From positions 24,254 to 88,253 of IMG/VR virus record IMGVR_UViG_3300011335_000826: a stretch of DNA of 64,000 nt. One strand, given 5' to 3'. The position numbers and the translations under genes are program-made. The notes beneath the pieces are model-generated. The model made no database searches. It was not told the origin of the DNA and saw only the letters and a list, made by a program, of their open reading frames with translations. The DNA is from a virus (Duplodnaviria; Caudoviricetes). Numbering within the stretch: the first letter of the stretch is position 1; the number at the start of each line of letters is the position of its first letter. This document shows, piece after piece, positions 1 to 9,749 of the stretch.

Positions 1-2
1 AT

Positions 3-605
3 GATGATCAACTGGAACAGATCCAGGAGTCGGCGGCAACTGATTACCAACCCATCCATTGCCACAAGTGCAACACTGAACTGATCAATGCACCGGGCAT
101 AGGATTGTTCTGCCCTAACAAAGCGTGTGATGTAATGGACGGCCCATTCTCCGATGATGAGGAACCCGTGATCATCCGGTCCGGCATATTGGCAGAAGAT
201 GATGACGACGAAGACAGCCCCGAACTCAAGTCAGCCAAAGCACAATGGAAAGCCGACCATCCAGACGACTCTCTCAAACGCCAACGACGACTACTTGACA
301 TGGGTGTAATAGATCAATTGCCCTGGCTAGACTATTTGCATCGAGAACCCGAATCTGGCTTTGGTACAGAGTTACCTGTGGAAGGAACCAAAGGTGATAC
401 CTATGTTCTTACCTCTGCCATCCCCAACCAACTATATAAACACAATGGCGATCACTGGATCAACATTGACAATCGAGACAACTATACCTACGACACAGCA
501 TACATCGATCATTTGATCACCCAAATTGAACACGGATTATACGATCCTGACATGCTTAGTGACAGCGAACGCGACCAGATAGAACAACGTATACAAACCA
601 AATGA
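3..605 (+). CDS. Conserved phage hypothetical protein, 5'-truncated by window edge, with Zn-ribbon-like segment
   Basis: The frame of ORF 105..605 is open from position 3 ([42 protein letters not shown]; CxxC...CxxxxC). Stop overlaps the clpX start (ATGA). Confidence 0.7.
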   Translation, partial: DDQLEQIQESAATDYQPIHCHKCNTELINAPGIGLFCPNKACDVMDGPFSDDEEPVIIRSGILAEDDDDEDSPELKSAKAQWKADHPDDSLKRQRRLLDMGVIDQLPWLDYLHREPESGFGTELPVEGTKGDTYVLTSAIPNQLYKHNGDHWINIDNRDNYTYDTAYIDHLITQIEHGLYDPDMLSDSERDQIEQRIQTK

Positions 606-1807
606 CCAAAGAAACACACACAAATTGCAGCTTTTGCGGCAAAAACAAAGACTCAGTAAAGAACCTCATCGTTGGCGAATACGCGGGTATATGCAACGAA
701 TGCGTGGACTTCTGCCAGGACTTGCTCAAGGATGAAACACCCACACTAGAGATAGCTCCACAACCATCCGACAAGATGGATCCAATGGCCTTGAAGAAAT
801 ACCTGGATCAATATGTGATTGGGCAACATTCTGCCAAGATCATGCTGGCAGTGGCCATCGTGAATCACTACAAGCGTATCAGCAAGACCACAACAGAGCC
901 CGAACTGGACAAGGCCAACATCCTGATGTTAGGACCAACTGGCTCGGGCAAGACCTTGTTGGCCAAGTCAGTGGCACGATACCTTGATGTTCCTTTTGCT
1001 ATCGCAGATGCCACAAGTATCACTGAAGCAGGCTATGTAGGTGATGATGTGGAAAGTCTGATCAGCAGACTGTATGCTGCTTCGGGCAATGATGTTGCTA
1101 AGACACAGCAAGGCATTGTGTTCGTGGATGAGATTGACAAAATCAGCCGCAAAGGTGAATCCACTAGTATCACACGAGATGTATCAGGTGAAGGTGTGCA
1201 ACAAGCCCTGCTGAAAATGGTAGAAGGCACAGTATGTCGCGTGAGTGCCGGTGGTGGCCGCAAACATCCCGGCGGTGAAATGATTGAGATTGATACCAAG
1301 AATATCTTGTTCATTGCCGGTGGTGCTTTTGTGGGCCTGGACAGCATTGTAAAGAACCGTGTGCAAGGCACCAGTATCGGATTCAATGCCCGAGTAGAAG
1401 CCAACATGGACACAGACTTGGATATGACCACGCCCGACGACCTTGTGAAGTTTGGTATGATCCCAGAGTTTGTGGGACGCTTCCCTAACTGGGTCAGTCT
1501 GAAAGAACTGTCAAAAGCAGACTTGATCCGTATCCTCACTGAAGTCAAGAACAACTATATCGAGCAGTATCACTGGCTGTTCAAAGAAGATGGTGTGGAG
1601 TTGGAGTTCACAGAATCTGCCTTGGATCTCATCGCAGAACGCACACTCACAAACAAAACAGGTGCTCGTGGCTTGCATTCAGAAATTGAACGCACACTGA
1701 TACCACACATGTTTAATCTACGCCGTTATTCAGGCATGGGCATCAAGGTATTAAAGATTGAGCCTAGCATGGTAGAAACACCTGCTGCTTTAGACGGCAC
1801 AGACTGA
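602..1807 (+). CDS. clpX: ATP-dependent Clp protease ATP-binding subunit ClpX
   Basis: N-terminal C4 zinc domain (CSFC...CNEC), Walker A GPTGSGKT, pore loop GYVG, Walker B VFVDEID, RKH loop, IGF loop, GARGL. Confidence 0.97.
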   Translation: MTKETHTNCSFCGKNKDSVKNLIVGEYAGICNECVDFCQDLLKDETPTLEIAPQPSDKMDPMALKKYLDQYVIGQHSAKIMLAVAIVNHYKRISKTTTEPELDKANILMLGPTGSGKTLLAKSVARYLDVPFAIADATSITEAGYVGDDVESLISRLYAASGNDVAKTQQGIVFVDEIDKISRKGESTSITRDVSGEGVQQALLKMVEGTVCRVSAGGGRKHPGGEMIEIDTKNILFIAGGAFVGLDSIVKNRVQGTSIGFNARVEANMDTDLDMTTPDDLVKFGMIPEFVGRFPNWVSLKELSKADLIRILTEVKNNYIEQYHWLFKEDGVELEFTESALDLIAERTLTNKTGARGLHSEIERTLIPHMFNLRRYSGMGIKVLKIEPSMVETPAALDGTD

Positions 1808-2079
1808 TGTATATTGCGTTTGATCTTATTGCAGCCGACCTTCAAGTGAATGACAACCGATCTCAAGCCGCTTGGGTCAATCATATCCTACATCAAGAGT
1901 TGAGTATTTGGTATCAAAAGCACGGCATTGCTTATTCGATCAAAACGGTAAAATATGTAACCAGGGTGGTGCTAGAGCCTGATGAGATGTATAGTTTTTT
2001 TGCCCTGACTTGGAATCCTCGGAATCCAGAACTCAGAAACTACAGGATGATCGAGCCAATGAAACTTGACAACTCTTGA
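1807..2079 (+). CDS. Hypothetical protein, possible distant member of the F-x-L-[KR]-W small-protein family
   Basis: Coupled to the clpX stop (TGATG). Contains MYSFFALTW near the C-terminus. Confidence 0.6.
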   Translation: MYIAFDLIAADLQVNDNRSQAAWVNHILHQELSIWYQKHGIAYSIKTVKYVTRVVLEPDEMYSFFALTWNPRNPELRNYRMIEPMKLDNS

Positions 2080-2096
2080 AATTTCCTGTATAAATA
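2066..2096 (+). promoter_or_regulatory. Composite sigma70-like and T4-type late promoter of hsp20
   Basis: TTGACA (2066) - 17 nt - TATAAA, extending to TATAAATA (2089-2096). Confidence 0.7.
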
Positions 2097-2100
2097 CACT

Positions 2101-2162
2101 TGTAGATGCCCATGGTGGGGTCTACATTCATAGTCATACTTGCTTATTAAAGGAGAAACAAC
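2101..2162 (+). ncRNA. Structured 5' leader, ROSE-like RNA thermometer candidate (hsp20)
   Basis: Hairpin UGUAGAU(G)CCCA-UGG-UGGG-GUCUACA, then UUGCU (2140) facing SD AAGGAG (2150). A paralogous leader lies at 12200-12255. Confidence 0.65.
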
Positions 2163-2609
2163 ATGACAAAAACTCTACACCTTCGTAGTTTCGATATCCC
2201 CGCATTCAACAAATTTGGAATTGGTTTTGAAAACCTGTTTGATGACCTACAGCGTGTCACACAGATTCAAAGTTCTTCCAACTACCCGCCCCACAATGTG
2301 ATCAAGACCGGTGACAACACTGTCACGATCGAAGTGGCCGTGGCAGGATTTGCTGAAGGCGAAATCGACATTGCGTTAGACAAGCGTTTGCTTACCATCA
2401 CAGGTGCCAAACAGCGTGATGACGATGCTGCACATGAATATCTACATCGTGGAATCTCTTCTAGAGATTTCAAGCAGACATTTCCGCTGGCAGAGCATGT
2501 GGAAGTCAAAGGTGCAACCATCCGTGATGGTATCTTGACTGTGCTGTTGGAACGCGAGATTCCTGAGTCAGCCAAGCCGAAGAGTATTGCGATCACTTAC
2601 ACTTCGTAA
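2163..2609 (+). CDS. Small heat shock protein Hsp20 (IbpA-like)
   Basis: Alpha-crystallin domain motifs NYPPHNVIK, EVAVAGF, YLHRGIS, A...DGILTV. Strong SD. Confidence 0.95.
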   Translation: MTKTLHLRSFDIPAFNKFGIGFENLFDDLQRVTQIQSSSNYPPHNVIKTGDNTVTIEVAVAGFAEGEIDIALDKRLLTITGAKQRDDDAAHEYLHRGISSRDFKQTFPLAEHVEVKGATIRDGILTVLLEREIPESAKPKSIAITYTS

Positions 2610-2619
2610 TATAATTGTG

Positions 2620-2649
2620 TAAATACAGTGGCAGGAATTACCCTGCCAC
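2620..2649 (+). promoter_or_regulatory. Late promoter TAAATA plus leader hairpin before clpS
   Basis: TAAATA 2620-2625. GTGGCAGG (2628) pairs with CCTGCCAC (2642). Confidence 0.5.
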
Positions 2650-2664
2650 TCCATGAGGAAAAAA

Positions 2665-2973
2665 ATGTCAAACGCAGAAGCAGCAACTATTACCCGTACA
2701 AAAAAAGCCGTCAAAGAGCCGCCTCTTTATCGCGTGATCTACATCAACGACAATACTACCACAATGGAATTTGTAGTAGGCAGTCTAGTTGAGTTCTTTG
2801 ACTATACAGTAGAAACTGCTACACAACTCACCGTAGATATCCATGAACATGGTCATGCTACTGTGGCTGTACTGCCTTTTGAGATTGCTGAACAAAAAGG
2901 CACAGAAGTCACAGCCAGTGCTCGCGAACAAGAATACCCATTGCAGATCAAACTAGAACCTGATTCAAAGTAA
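2665..2973 (+). CDS. clpS: ClpS N-end-rule adaptor
   Basis: PPLYRVIYINDNTTTMEFV...VDIHEHGHATV...EQKG...YPLQIKLE. Start placed at ATG 2665 after GAGGA. Confidence 0.92.
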   Translation: MSNAEAATITRTKKAVKEPPLYRVIYINDNTTTMEFVVGSLVEFFDYTVETATQLTVDIHEHGHATVAVLPFEIAEQKGTEVTASAREQEYPLQIKLEPDSK

Positions 2974-3777
2974 TCAAGTCTCTATTACAATGCGTTTAGG
3001 AAAATAAGGATTTTGATTGTAAGGGGTGTCTCCGCGCCCTCTACAGTTGTTGATGAAATGTATTCCGTTGATGTACTGATTCACGCTGCCGTGATAGTGC
3101 CCAAAACACCAAGTATGTATTTTTCTTTCAGTATCGTTGGTATGTACTAGATGCATGAGTCGATTGCCCATGTGATTGAATTTTTCAGTGCCTGACAGTT
3201 CGATATCATGTTTGATCAATTGTGCAGCAGGCACAGTATGAGTCACAATCACTATCTTTTTCACATCATTGTGTGTTTGTAATCTTTGTACCGTGTTTAT
3301 CAAATATGCCGCATCCTTACGACTCAGGTCACTGATTATCTCAGGGTCAAACTCATGATCGGGCATGACTTTAGCATACCAATCAACCATGCATTGTTTA
3401 GAGTGATCTCGGTCAATGGTTTCATCTAGATCATACCCCCACCACCCGTTGGTACCAATTATGGCTACACCGTCTATCACTACCACATTGTCTTGAAGAT
3501 AAGTCACCCGAGGAATTCTATTAACACTTCGTGCTAGATCTCGATAGCTGCCACCAAGATCGTGGAATCTAAATTTGTGCTCGTCGTTGCCTTCAATGTA
3601 GAAAACAGCCGCATAGCAGTTGGCGAGATGTTTAAGACAGTTTCTCACTATCCTAGGATCGGAACTGATGTCACCGGCTACCACACAGATTGGACTAGTA
3701 GGCTGGCCACTCCAGTCAAATTCGTCGGGCCAAGTTTCCAGATGCAGATCAGAAATTAAGTCAAATGCAATACTCAT
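2974..3777 (-). CDS. Calcineurin-like metallophosphoesterase
   Basis: DLHLE, AGDI, GNDEH, THT, FGHYH motifs. Confidence 0.88.
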   Translation of the reverse strand: MSIAFDLISDLHLETWPDEFDWSGQPTSPICVVAGDISSDPRIVRNCLKHLANCYAAVFYIEGNDEHKFRFHDLGGSYRDLARSVNRIPRVTYLQDNVVVIDGVAIIGTNGWWGYDLDETIDRDHSKQCMVDWYAKVMPDHEFDPEIISDLSRKDAAYLINTVQRLQTHNDVKKIVIVTHTVPAAQLIKHDIELSGTEKFNHMGNRLMHLVHTNDTERKIHTWCFGHYHGSVNQYINGIHFINNCRGRGDTPYNQNPYFPKRIVIET

Positions 3778-3801
3778 GATACATATTTAAAAGGAAATAC
3801 A

Positions 3802-4161
3802 ATGAACATAATATTTGGAGACAACATAGCCGAACTAGCCCGAGAAAAATATACCGTGCTAGAACTGGATACTCTTGTGATGTCTGGGCAAGATCAAACA
3901 GCTACTGCGTATGCAATAGTGGAAAAAATTCCCTTGCAAGAAATGTCCACCTTGGATCGGTTTCAAGATCTACACGATAATCTCATGAAGGAATACCGCA
4001 AGCGTAACTGGAAATATTGTGAGGATGCCATTGGTCATCTACAAGGACGATGGAACACCGAGATCGATACTTTTTACAGCGAATTGTATGACCGGATACA
4101 ATCGTTGAAAACACAATCATTGCCCGATGATTGGAGTGGATACATCACGAAATCGACTTGA
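3802..4161 (+). CDS. Hypothetical protein resembling the C-terminal tail of class III nucleotide cyclases
   Basis: Clean ORF with SD AAGGA. LELDT...Y...W...PDDWSG pattern. Resemblance recalled, not verified. Confidence 0.55.
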   Translation: MNIIFGDNIAELAREKYTVLELDTLVMSGQDQTATAYAIVEKIPLQEMSTLDRFQDLHDNLMKEYRKRNWKYCEDAIGHLQGRWNTEIDTFYSELYDRIQSLKTQSLPDDWSGYITKST

Positions 4162-5436
4162 TCTATGTCGACGAAGGTCACGAATCATGTTTCTCTGAGC
4201 TTGGTTTTTAAAACACGGATATTTGTTGCTTAGTCCTAACCGCCGAATTAGCTTTCTCCAAGCCCAATAAGTCTCACCTCGATTCTCCAGGTAAAAATCC
4301 ACAGCATGTTTGAGATTTATTTGTAATTCATCTGTCACCTGTTGTATAAAATCTCTGCTGAAAAAATGTTGTTTGTTGTAGCGGGTAATCTTGTTGATTT
4401 CTTTCCAATCTGATTGTGTCAACTGTTGTATCTGCTGCATGGTTTTTACGATCAGTTCCATGCGTTTTACAGTATCAGTTTCCAAATCATAACTTTCATC
4501 CCAAAAATCACCAAAGGTTTTAAACCCATAACCTTTGAGATATTCCAATGCACCTGGCCCGGCCAATAATACAAACGCATGGTCACAAGCAATAGGTCTT
4601 AAGATTTTTTCAGTCAAATGTATCTTAGGGCCATCAACCACTGTTTCTAACACCACACTGACAGCAGTGGTTGTGATATCATTGACATCATAATCGGCAC
4701 TGGCAGTCGGGAACGAGATATTATTTGGTATGCAAACAAGTCGTGAAGTATCCACTGAGAATCTTGGATCTTGGGAGATATAATCTTTGAGATGCACGCC
4801 TTGATTGTTCACATGTTGTGTGCTGATGATACAGTTGTCGGTCAGTCCAGCTTCTACTAGTAAATCAAGAAATTTTAATCTGTATTCTCGATTTGGCATC
4901 CAATCTCTGCAATACACTAAGAAAGTTTTTTCTATATGTCTTTGATCAAACCTGCTATCGTATTCAGCAAATCTATACCAATCTCTGGCTATCACAGCAT
5001 GACTCCAATAATAAACTGGTAAAAATCCAATTTGTCCAAACTGATCTACATCACTGCTATTTTTTTCACTATGCAGCAACACAAACCAATCGTCCATCAT
5101 GGTAGCTGCACTGAGCCAGTTTGGATTAAACTTAGGAAACAATGATGGATTTGAGTACAGGAACATCTCAAATTCTTTTTCTCCCAAAGTAAATTTTCTT
5201 CTGTCAAGTAACCGATCTAATCGATCTAGGTCATAGTCAAATTTATGGTCGGAAAAATTCAAAGGTTCTTGGTCATGACATATTATACTAGGAATCAACG
5301 ACCATGACGGATAATTGTCAAAAATATCGAGATCAAAAATATCTTTGCTACCATGTGGCTGGAATACATAAAGTATCACAGGGTGCTGTGCAAGACCGTG
5401 TATCCAGTGATAAAGATTATCTAAAGGAATGTTCAT
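4117..5436 (-). CDS. Putative glycosyltransferase-like protein (TEK family paralogue 1)
   Basis: VVLETV..KIHLTEKILRPI..GF.TF..FWDESYD, shared with 17278 and 18278. The TEK motif recalls GT10-like GT-B folds. Confidence 0.6.
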   Translation of the reverse strand: MNIPLDNLYHWIHGLAQHPVILYVFQPHGSKDIFDLDIFDNYPSWSLIPSIICHDQEPLNFSDHKFDYDLDRLDRLLDRRKFTLGEKEFEMFLYSNPSLFPKFNPNWLSAATMMDDWFVLLHSEKNSSDVDQFGQIGFLPVYYWSHAVIARDWYRFAEYDSRFDQRHIEKTFLVYCRDWMPNREYRLKFLDLLVEAGLTDNCIISTQHVNNQGVHLKDYISQDPRFSVDTSRLVCIPNNISFPTASADYDVNDITTTAVSVVLETVVDGPKIHLTEKILRPIACDHAFVLLAGPGALEYLKGYGFKTFGDFWDESYDLETDTVKRMELIVKTMQQIQQLTQSDWKEINKITRYNKQHFFSRDFIQQVTDELQINLKHAVDFYLENRGETYWAWRKLIRRLGLSNKYPCFKNQAQRNMIRDLRRHRSSRFRDVSTPIIGQ

Positions 5437-6675
5437 ATGAAGAAAATTGGATTTATTGGTATTGGTAAACTGGGATTAGATTGCGCCGAAGTCATGGCAG
5501 AGAAACATGAAGTCAGAGGCTATGATATTTACCCACGAACCAGTGACTCGGTAAAAGTTTGCGATATCGATGAATTGGTCAACGAAAGCGAATGGATCTT
5601 TATCGCTGTGCCGACTCCGCATGTAGAAGGGTATGATGGAAGCGTACCGTCGAGCCACATGGAACCAAAGGATTTTGGTCATGAAGCAGTGATTGATGCT
5701 ATCAACAAAATCAATACTCATGCTCGTAGTTCTAAGAAGGTGGTGCTGATCAGCACCGTGCTACCGGGTACCACACGCACACACTTTGCGGGACGGTTGG
5801 ATCCTACGCATCAGTTCTTATACAACCCTTATCTCATTGCCATGGGATCAGTGAAGTGGGACATGGTCAATCCAGAGATGATCATGATCGGCACAAAAGA
5901 TGGTGATTGGAATGGCGTAGCCGGCGAACTCCGAGACTTATACAACACAGTGATGCAGAACAACCCTCGTTACGAAATTGGCACCTGGGACGAATGCGAA
6001 GCCATCAAGATCTTCTACAACACATTCATTTCAGCCAAAGTAGGTCTGGTAAACATGATACAAGACTTTGCTATGAAGATTGGCAATATCAATGTGGATG
6101 TTGTGACCAACGCATTGGCCCGCAGCACCATGCGTATCATGGGTCCAAAATACATGACAGCGGGCATGGGTGATGCAGGTGCTTGCCATCCAAGAGACAA
6201 CATCGCCTTGCGTTGGTTGGCCAAAGAGTATGACATTGGTTACGACTTGTTTGACACAGTGATGCATGCTAGAGAGATCCAGGCGCGTAACCTGGCACAT
6301 TTCCTGATCGATCATGCCAAACAAAATGCCATGGGCATAGTGATCCACGGCAAAGCATACAAGCCCGATGTTCCATATTGCATTGGTTCATATAGTACCT
6401 TGGTTGGATACTATGTTAAACAAGCAGGGTTTGAAGTTAGATATCTTGACCCACTAGCAGATGATCCTACAGATGTGATTGAAAAGTTGTCACATCCTGC
6501 TGTTATTCTTTGGGCACATGATCGCAAAATCACATATGAATATACCGGTGATCAACCCGAAACGCAACCCTATTGCGATATTCCCCAAGGGTCAGTGATC
6601 GTTGATCCATGGCGTAAACTCAATGACATGACCGGACTAACTGTGGTCCACTATGGTAACACCCGCGCAAAATAA
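5437..6675 (+). CDS. UDP-glucose/GDP-mannose dehydrogenase family protein
   Basis: GIGKLG Rossmann motif, IAVPTP, YNP, EAIKIFYNTF, GMGDAGACHPRD with catalytic Cys, AYKP. Confidence 0.9.
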   Translation: MKKIGFIGIGKLGLDCAEVMAEKHEVRGYDIYPRTSDSVKVCDIDELVNESEWIFIAVPTPHVEGYDGSVPSSHMEPKDFGHEAVIDAINKINTHARSSKKVVLISTVLPGTTRTHFAGRLDPTHQFLYNPYLIAMGSVKWDMVNPEMIMIGTKDGDWNGVAGELRDLYNTVMQNNPRYEIGTWDECEAIKIFYNTFISAKVGLVNMIQDFAMKIGNINVDVVTNALARSTMRIMGPKYMTAGMGDAGACHPRDNIALRWLAKEYDIGYDLFDTVMHAREIQARNLAHFLIDHAKQNAMGIVIHGKAYKPDVPYCIGSYSTLVGYYVKQAGFEVRYLDPLADDPTDVIEKLSHPAVILWAHDRKITYEYTGDQPETQPYCDIPQGSVIVDPWRKLNDMTGLTVVHYGNTRAK

Positions 6676-7174
6676 TACCTGGGCACAAGGGCATGTAGAT
6701 CCTTGGTGGGGTCTACGGCACAAGGATCTAGTCTATATCAACGAGCCATTCAACGATCAGACCAGTCTTGCAGAATGGCGTAGACTAGGTTACTCACAGA
6801 GTAGATTCACTGGCGACATGTATGACATGCGTAACAGTGAACCTGTGTGGGTAGATCCATTCCGCAACATATTTCCTTTTAAAAGATTCTCCTGGAGTTT
6901 CTATCGTATGGCACCGGGCTGTGTGCTACCTGCACATAGAGATACCTATGATCGATTCAAACTCATACATGGATTAGAAACCACCCATTCGGTAGTGAGA
7001 ACCATAGTATTTCTAGAAGATTGGGCTAGTGGGCATTACATGGAAATGAACGGAACACCCTTCACAGGATGGCGTGCTGGAGATTGGGTATCATGGCACG
7101 ATGACTTTTTACACTTAGCGGCCAACATGGGCCAAACTGATAGATATACATTACAACTAACCGGAACTGTATGA
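6653..7174 (+). CDS. 2OG-Fe(II) oxygenase / cupin-fold protein
   Basis: PAHRD (HxD) ... HLAAN ... RYTLQLTG. Paralogous to 59564..60259. Confidence 0.7.
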   Translation: MVTPAQNNTWAQGHVDPWWGLRHKDLVYINEPFNDQTSLAEWRRLGYSQSRFTGDMYDMRNSEPVWVDPFRNIFPFKRFSWSFYRMAPGCVLPAHRDTYDRFKLIHGLETTHSVVRTIVFLEDWASGHYMEMNGTPFTGWRAGDWVSWHDDFLHLAANMGQTDRYTLQLTGTV

Positions 7175-8088
7175 AAATACATAGTTACAATGAATGGGAT
7201 CCTCTAAGATCCGTAGTAGTAGGGCGTGCTGATCATGCCAATTGGCCGGTAAATGATCCTGTGTTCAAGTTAGAAAGTGAACGCACACTATGGAAAGAAA
7301 CACCTGTGCCATCTGGCGCAGTACCGGATTGGATCATTGAACAAGCCAACGAAGATCTTGAAGAACTGGTCAATACATTGAAATCACTCGGAGTAGAAGT
7401 ATTCCGTCCAGACGATTTCAACTTCCAAACTCACGATGGCATGTATAACTACTGCCCACGAGATCGACTGTTGGTGTACGGCGACACTATAGTGAATCCT
7501 GCCATGATGTATCCTTGCAGAGATATGGAACTGCAATGCTATCACGATGTTGTGGATTCGGCTGCCAACTACCTATTCATGCCTCGCCACGAAGGAATGA
7601 CCCTGGATGCGGCCAACATCGCTAGACTTAATGATCGCTGGATCTTCCTAGAATCGGCTTCGGGCAATCGTGCTGCATATGAATGGCTGCAAGGACATTT
7701 CCCCAAGGTCGATATTGAATTAGCAAACTTCTACTCGGGTGTGCATATTGATTCTACCATAGTGCCCCTGCGTGAAGGGCTTGTGCTAGTCAACGGCAGT
7801 CGTGTGAATCCTATGAACTTGCCTCGAGTATTGCGAGACTGGGAAGTGGTTTATTGTAGTCATGTGGAAGAACAAGGATTCTTTCAATACCCATATGCAT
7901 CAAAATGGATAGCATTAAATATGTTGGTAGTGGATCCTCACACTGTGATCGTGGACAAAGATCAGTCCATGTTGATTTCATGGTTGGAAAATAACAAATT
8001 CACAGTGATACCCATGCAACTGCGTCACAGCAGGACCTTGGGCGGTGGTTTCCATTGCGTTACACTGGACCTACATAGAGAAGCATGA
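7171..8088 (+). CDS. Amidinotransferase (glycine/inosamine-phosphate amidinotransferase-like)
   Basis: NEWDPL..VVVG, CPRD, DAAN, HID, N.L, GGGFHCVT: pentein catalytic Asp/His/Cys. Confidence 0.9.
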   Translation: MKIHSYNEWDPLRSVVVGRADHANWPVNDPVFKLESERTLWKETPVPSGAVPDWIIEQANEDLEELVNTLKSLGVEVFRPDDFNFQTHDGMYNYCPRDRLLVYGDTIVNPAMMYPCRDMELQCYHDVVDSAANYLFMPRHEGMTLDAANIARLNDRWIFLESASGNRAAYEWLQGHFPKVDIELANFYSGVHIDSTIVPLREGLVLVNGSRVNPMNLPRVLRDWEVVYCSHVEEQGFFQYPYASKWIALNMLVVDPHTVIVDKDQSMLISWLENNKFTVIPMQLRHSRTLGGGFHCVTLDLHREA

Positions 8089-8639
8089 ACATAGCATGGT
8101 TGTTTGCAGAAAACACAGTATTACCGCCTACCACACCAGTGCAGGCTATAAAGGATCTCGCCCCCATCTGGGGTAGTTGGCGCACCCAAAGAAGTTACCA
8201 GTCCGACAATGTGGTATGTTGGGATCCGGATCAAGCAGAGAAATTAGTACGCCAAGGCTACGCCAAGACCTGCAATCTCTACATACCTGAACCTGTTTAT
8301 CAACAATTAGGCAAACCCAAAGGTGTGCGAGTGTTTGGTGGCGGATTCGAGTTTGCGGTGGATTCGGTTGACGACATAATAGCCACACACTTAGTTGCAA
8401 GTGTGGCGGATGTGATACTCATGATAGGATTCGATTTGGAAACCAAGACCAAACCCAGCGCCGGCAGAAACAACTATATCGGTATCCTAGCCCAGGCTAT
8501 CGCAGCCAGCGGTAAGCAATGGGTGATCATAGATCATCACACCGATTTAGCCGAACCCATCCAAAAACTCTCCAATATCACTAGAGATCTATTGCCAAAT
8601 GTGTTACAATTACTGGGTAACAACAACAACGGTAACTGA
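8085..8639 (+). CDS. Hypothetical protein
   Basis: ATGA-coupled to the amidinotransferase. Contains a MIGFD motif. Confidence 0.7.
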   Translation: MNIAWLFAENTVLPPTTPVQAIKDLAPIWGSWRTQRSYQSDNVVCWDPDQAEKLVRQGYAKTCNLYIPEPVYQQLGKPKGVRVFGGGFEFAVDSVDDIIATHLVASVADVILMIGFDLETKTKPSAGRNNYIGILAQAIAASGKQWVIIDHHTDLAEPIQKLSNITRDLLPNVLQLLGNNNNGN

Positions 8640-8641
8640 TC

Positions 8642-9664
8642 ATGGCACGATTTGGATTTTGCTGCAAGTGGCTCAATGACCCTTCAGAAACTGGAGGTAT
8701 GAAAGTCAATGCAGTTGACCGCGATATCAACGGTCGGTCAACCACCATGCGTTGGCTACGCGAACACAAAGGCGAAGCCGAACAGCGTCAGTGGGACATC
8801 ATGAACCACAATGCCCGTGCTGCTCTACTCATGGTCGAGCGTGTGGGTGCTATGGTGCCTGAACGCCGTATGGTGCGACTGGGCAGCGAAATGCTACAAG
8901 GCTACACTGAACCGTCGTGGATTGATTGGTGGCAACGACAAGAAATTCAAGACCACTGTGAAAAGATCTTTGCTCCTGTGGGCGAAGCTGCTCGTCGACT
9001 GGGTGTGCGGCTCAGCTTCCACCCTGGACAGTTCTGTGTGCTGGCAAGTGAAGCAGATGAGATTGTAGAACGCAGTATACTAGAGTTTGAATACCATGCA
9101 GACATGGCTCGTTGGATGGGCTATGGCTCTTCGTGGCATGATCACGGTTTTAAGATAAATGTGCATTTAAGCGGTAAAGGTGGCCCCGCTAAATTCCTGC
9201 GTACTCTGGGTCGACTCTCGCCCGAAGCCAGGAATCTAATCGCCATCGAGAATGATGAGATGACAAATGGTATTGACATTACTTTGGCTGTGGCTGAGCA
9301 TTGTGCTCTTACGCTGGACATCCACCACCACTGGATCAACAGCGGTGAATACATCACCCCCCAAGACCCTCGGGCGCGTCGCGTTGTGGAGTCTTGGCGT
9401 GGTGCTCGTCCTGCACTTCACTATAGTGTTAGCCGTGAAGATATTCTGGTTGATCACGATTCCGGAACTAGACCAGATCTCGCGCAGTTACTCGACCGGG
9501 GATACCGTAAACAAAAGCTTCGAGCCCATTCGGACTTTCTTTGGAACACGGCTGTGACTGACTGGGCATTGACATTCAGTGAAGATTGGGATATCCAAGT
9601 AGAAGCCAAAGGCAAGAACTTGGCCACTGATCAACTGCATCGACAATGGCTAAATCAGCAATGA
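8642..9664 (+). CDS. uvsE: UV damage endonuclease UvsE/UvdE
   Basis: RFGFCC, RLSFHPGQF, NVHLSG, IENDE, DIHHH, PALHYS, RAHSD, VEAKGK. Confidence 0.93.
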   Translation: MARFGFCCKWLNDPSETGGMKVNAVDRDINGRSTTMRWLREHKGEAEQRQWDIMNHNARAALLMVERVGAMVPERRMVRLGSEMLQGYTEPSWIDWWQRQEIQDHCEKIFAPVGEAARRLGVRLSFHPGQFCVLASEADEIVERSILEFEYHADMARWMGYGSSWHDHGFKINVHLSGKGGPAKFLRTLGRLSPEARNLIAIENDEMTNGIDITLAVAEHCALTLDIHHHWINSGEYITPQDPRARRVVESWRGARPALHYSVSREDILVDHDSGTRPDLAQLLDRGYRKQKLRAHSDFLWNTAVTDWALTFSEDWDIQVEAKGKNLATDQLHRQWLNQQ

Positions 9665-9666
9665 GT

Positions 9667-9701
9667 TTGTAACACTACTGTAACATGATTGTGTTTAAAT
9701 A
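9667..9701 (+). promoter_or_regulatory. Pho-box-like direct repeats upstream of pstS
   Basis: TTGTAAC-ACTA-CTGTAAC-ATGA-TTGTGTT with an 11-bp period (9667, 9678, 9689), followed by TAAATA at 9696. Confidence 0.65.
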
Positions 9702-9749
9702 GAAGTGTGCATTCGCACATTCTATCATTCACTAACCAAGGAGAAATCA

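Noticed and set aside
1033-1554. Long antisense or alternate-frame ORFs in the track (e.g. 1033..1554, 10620..11138, 23122..23649, 38541..39107)
   Set aside because: They overlap well-supported genes, have no SD or promoter and show no recognisable motifs.
2075-2115. Sigma32 (RpoH) promoter before hsp20
   Set aside because: CTTGAA is present at 2075, but no CCCCAT-like -10 lies at the correct spacing.
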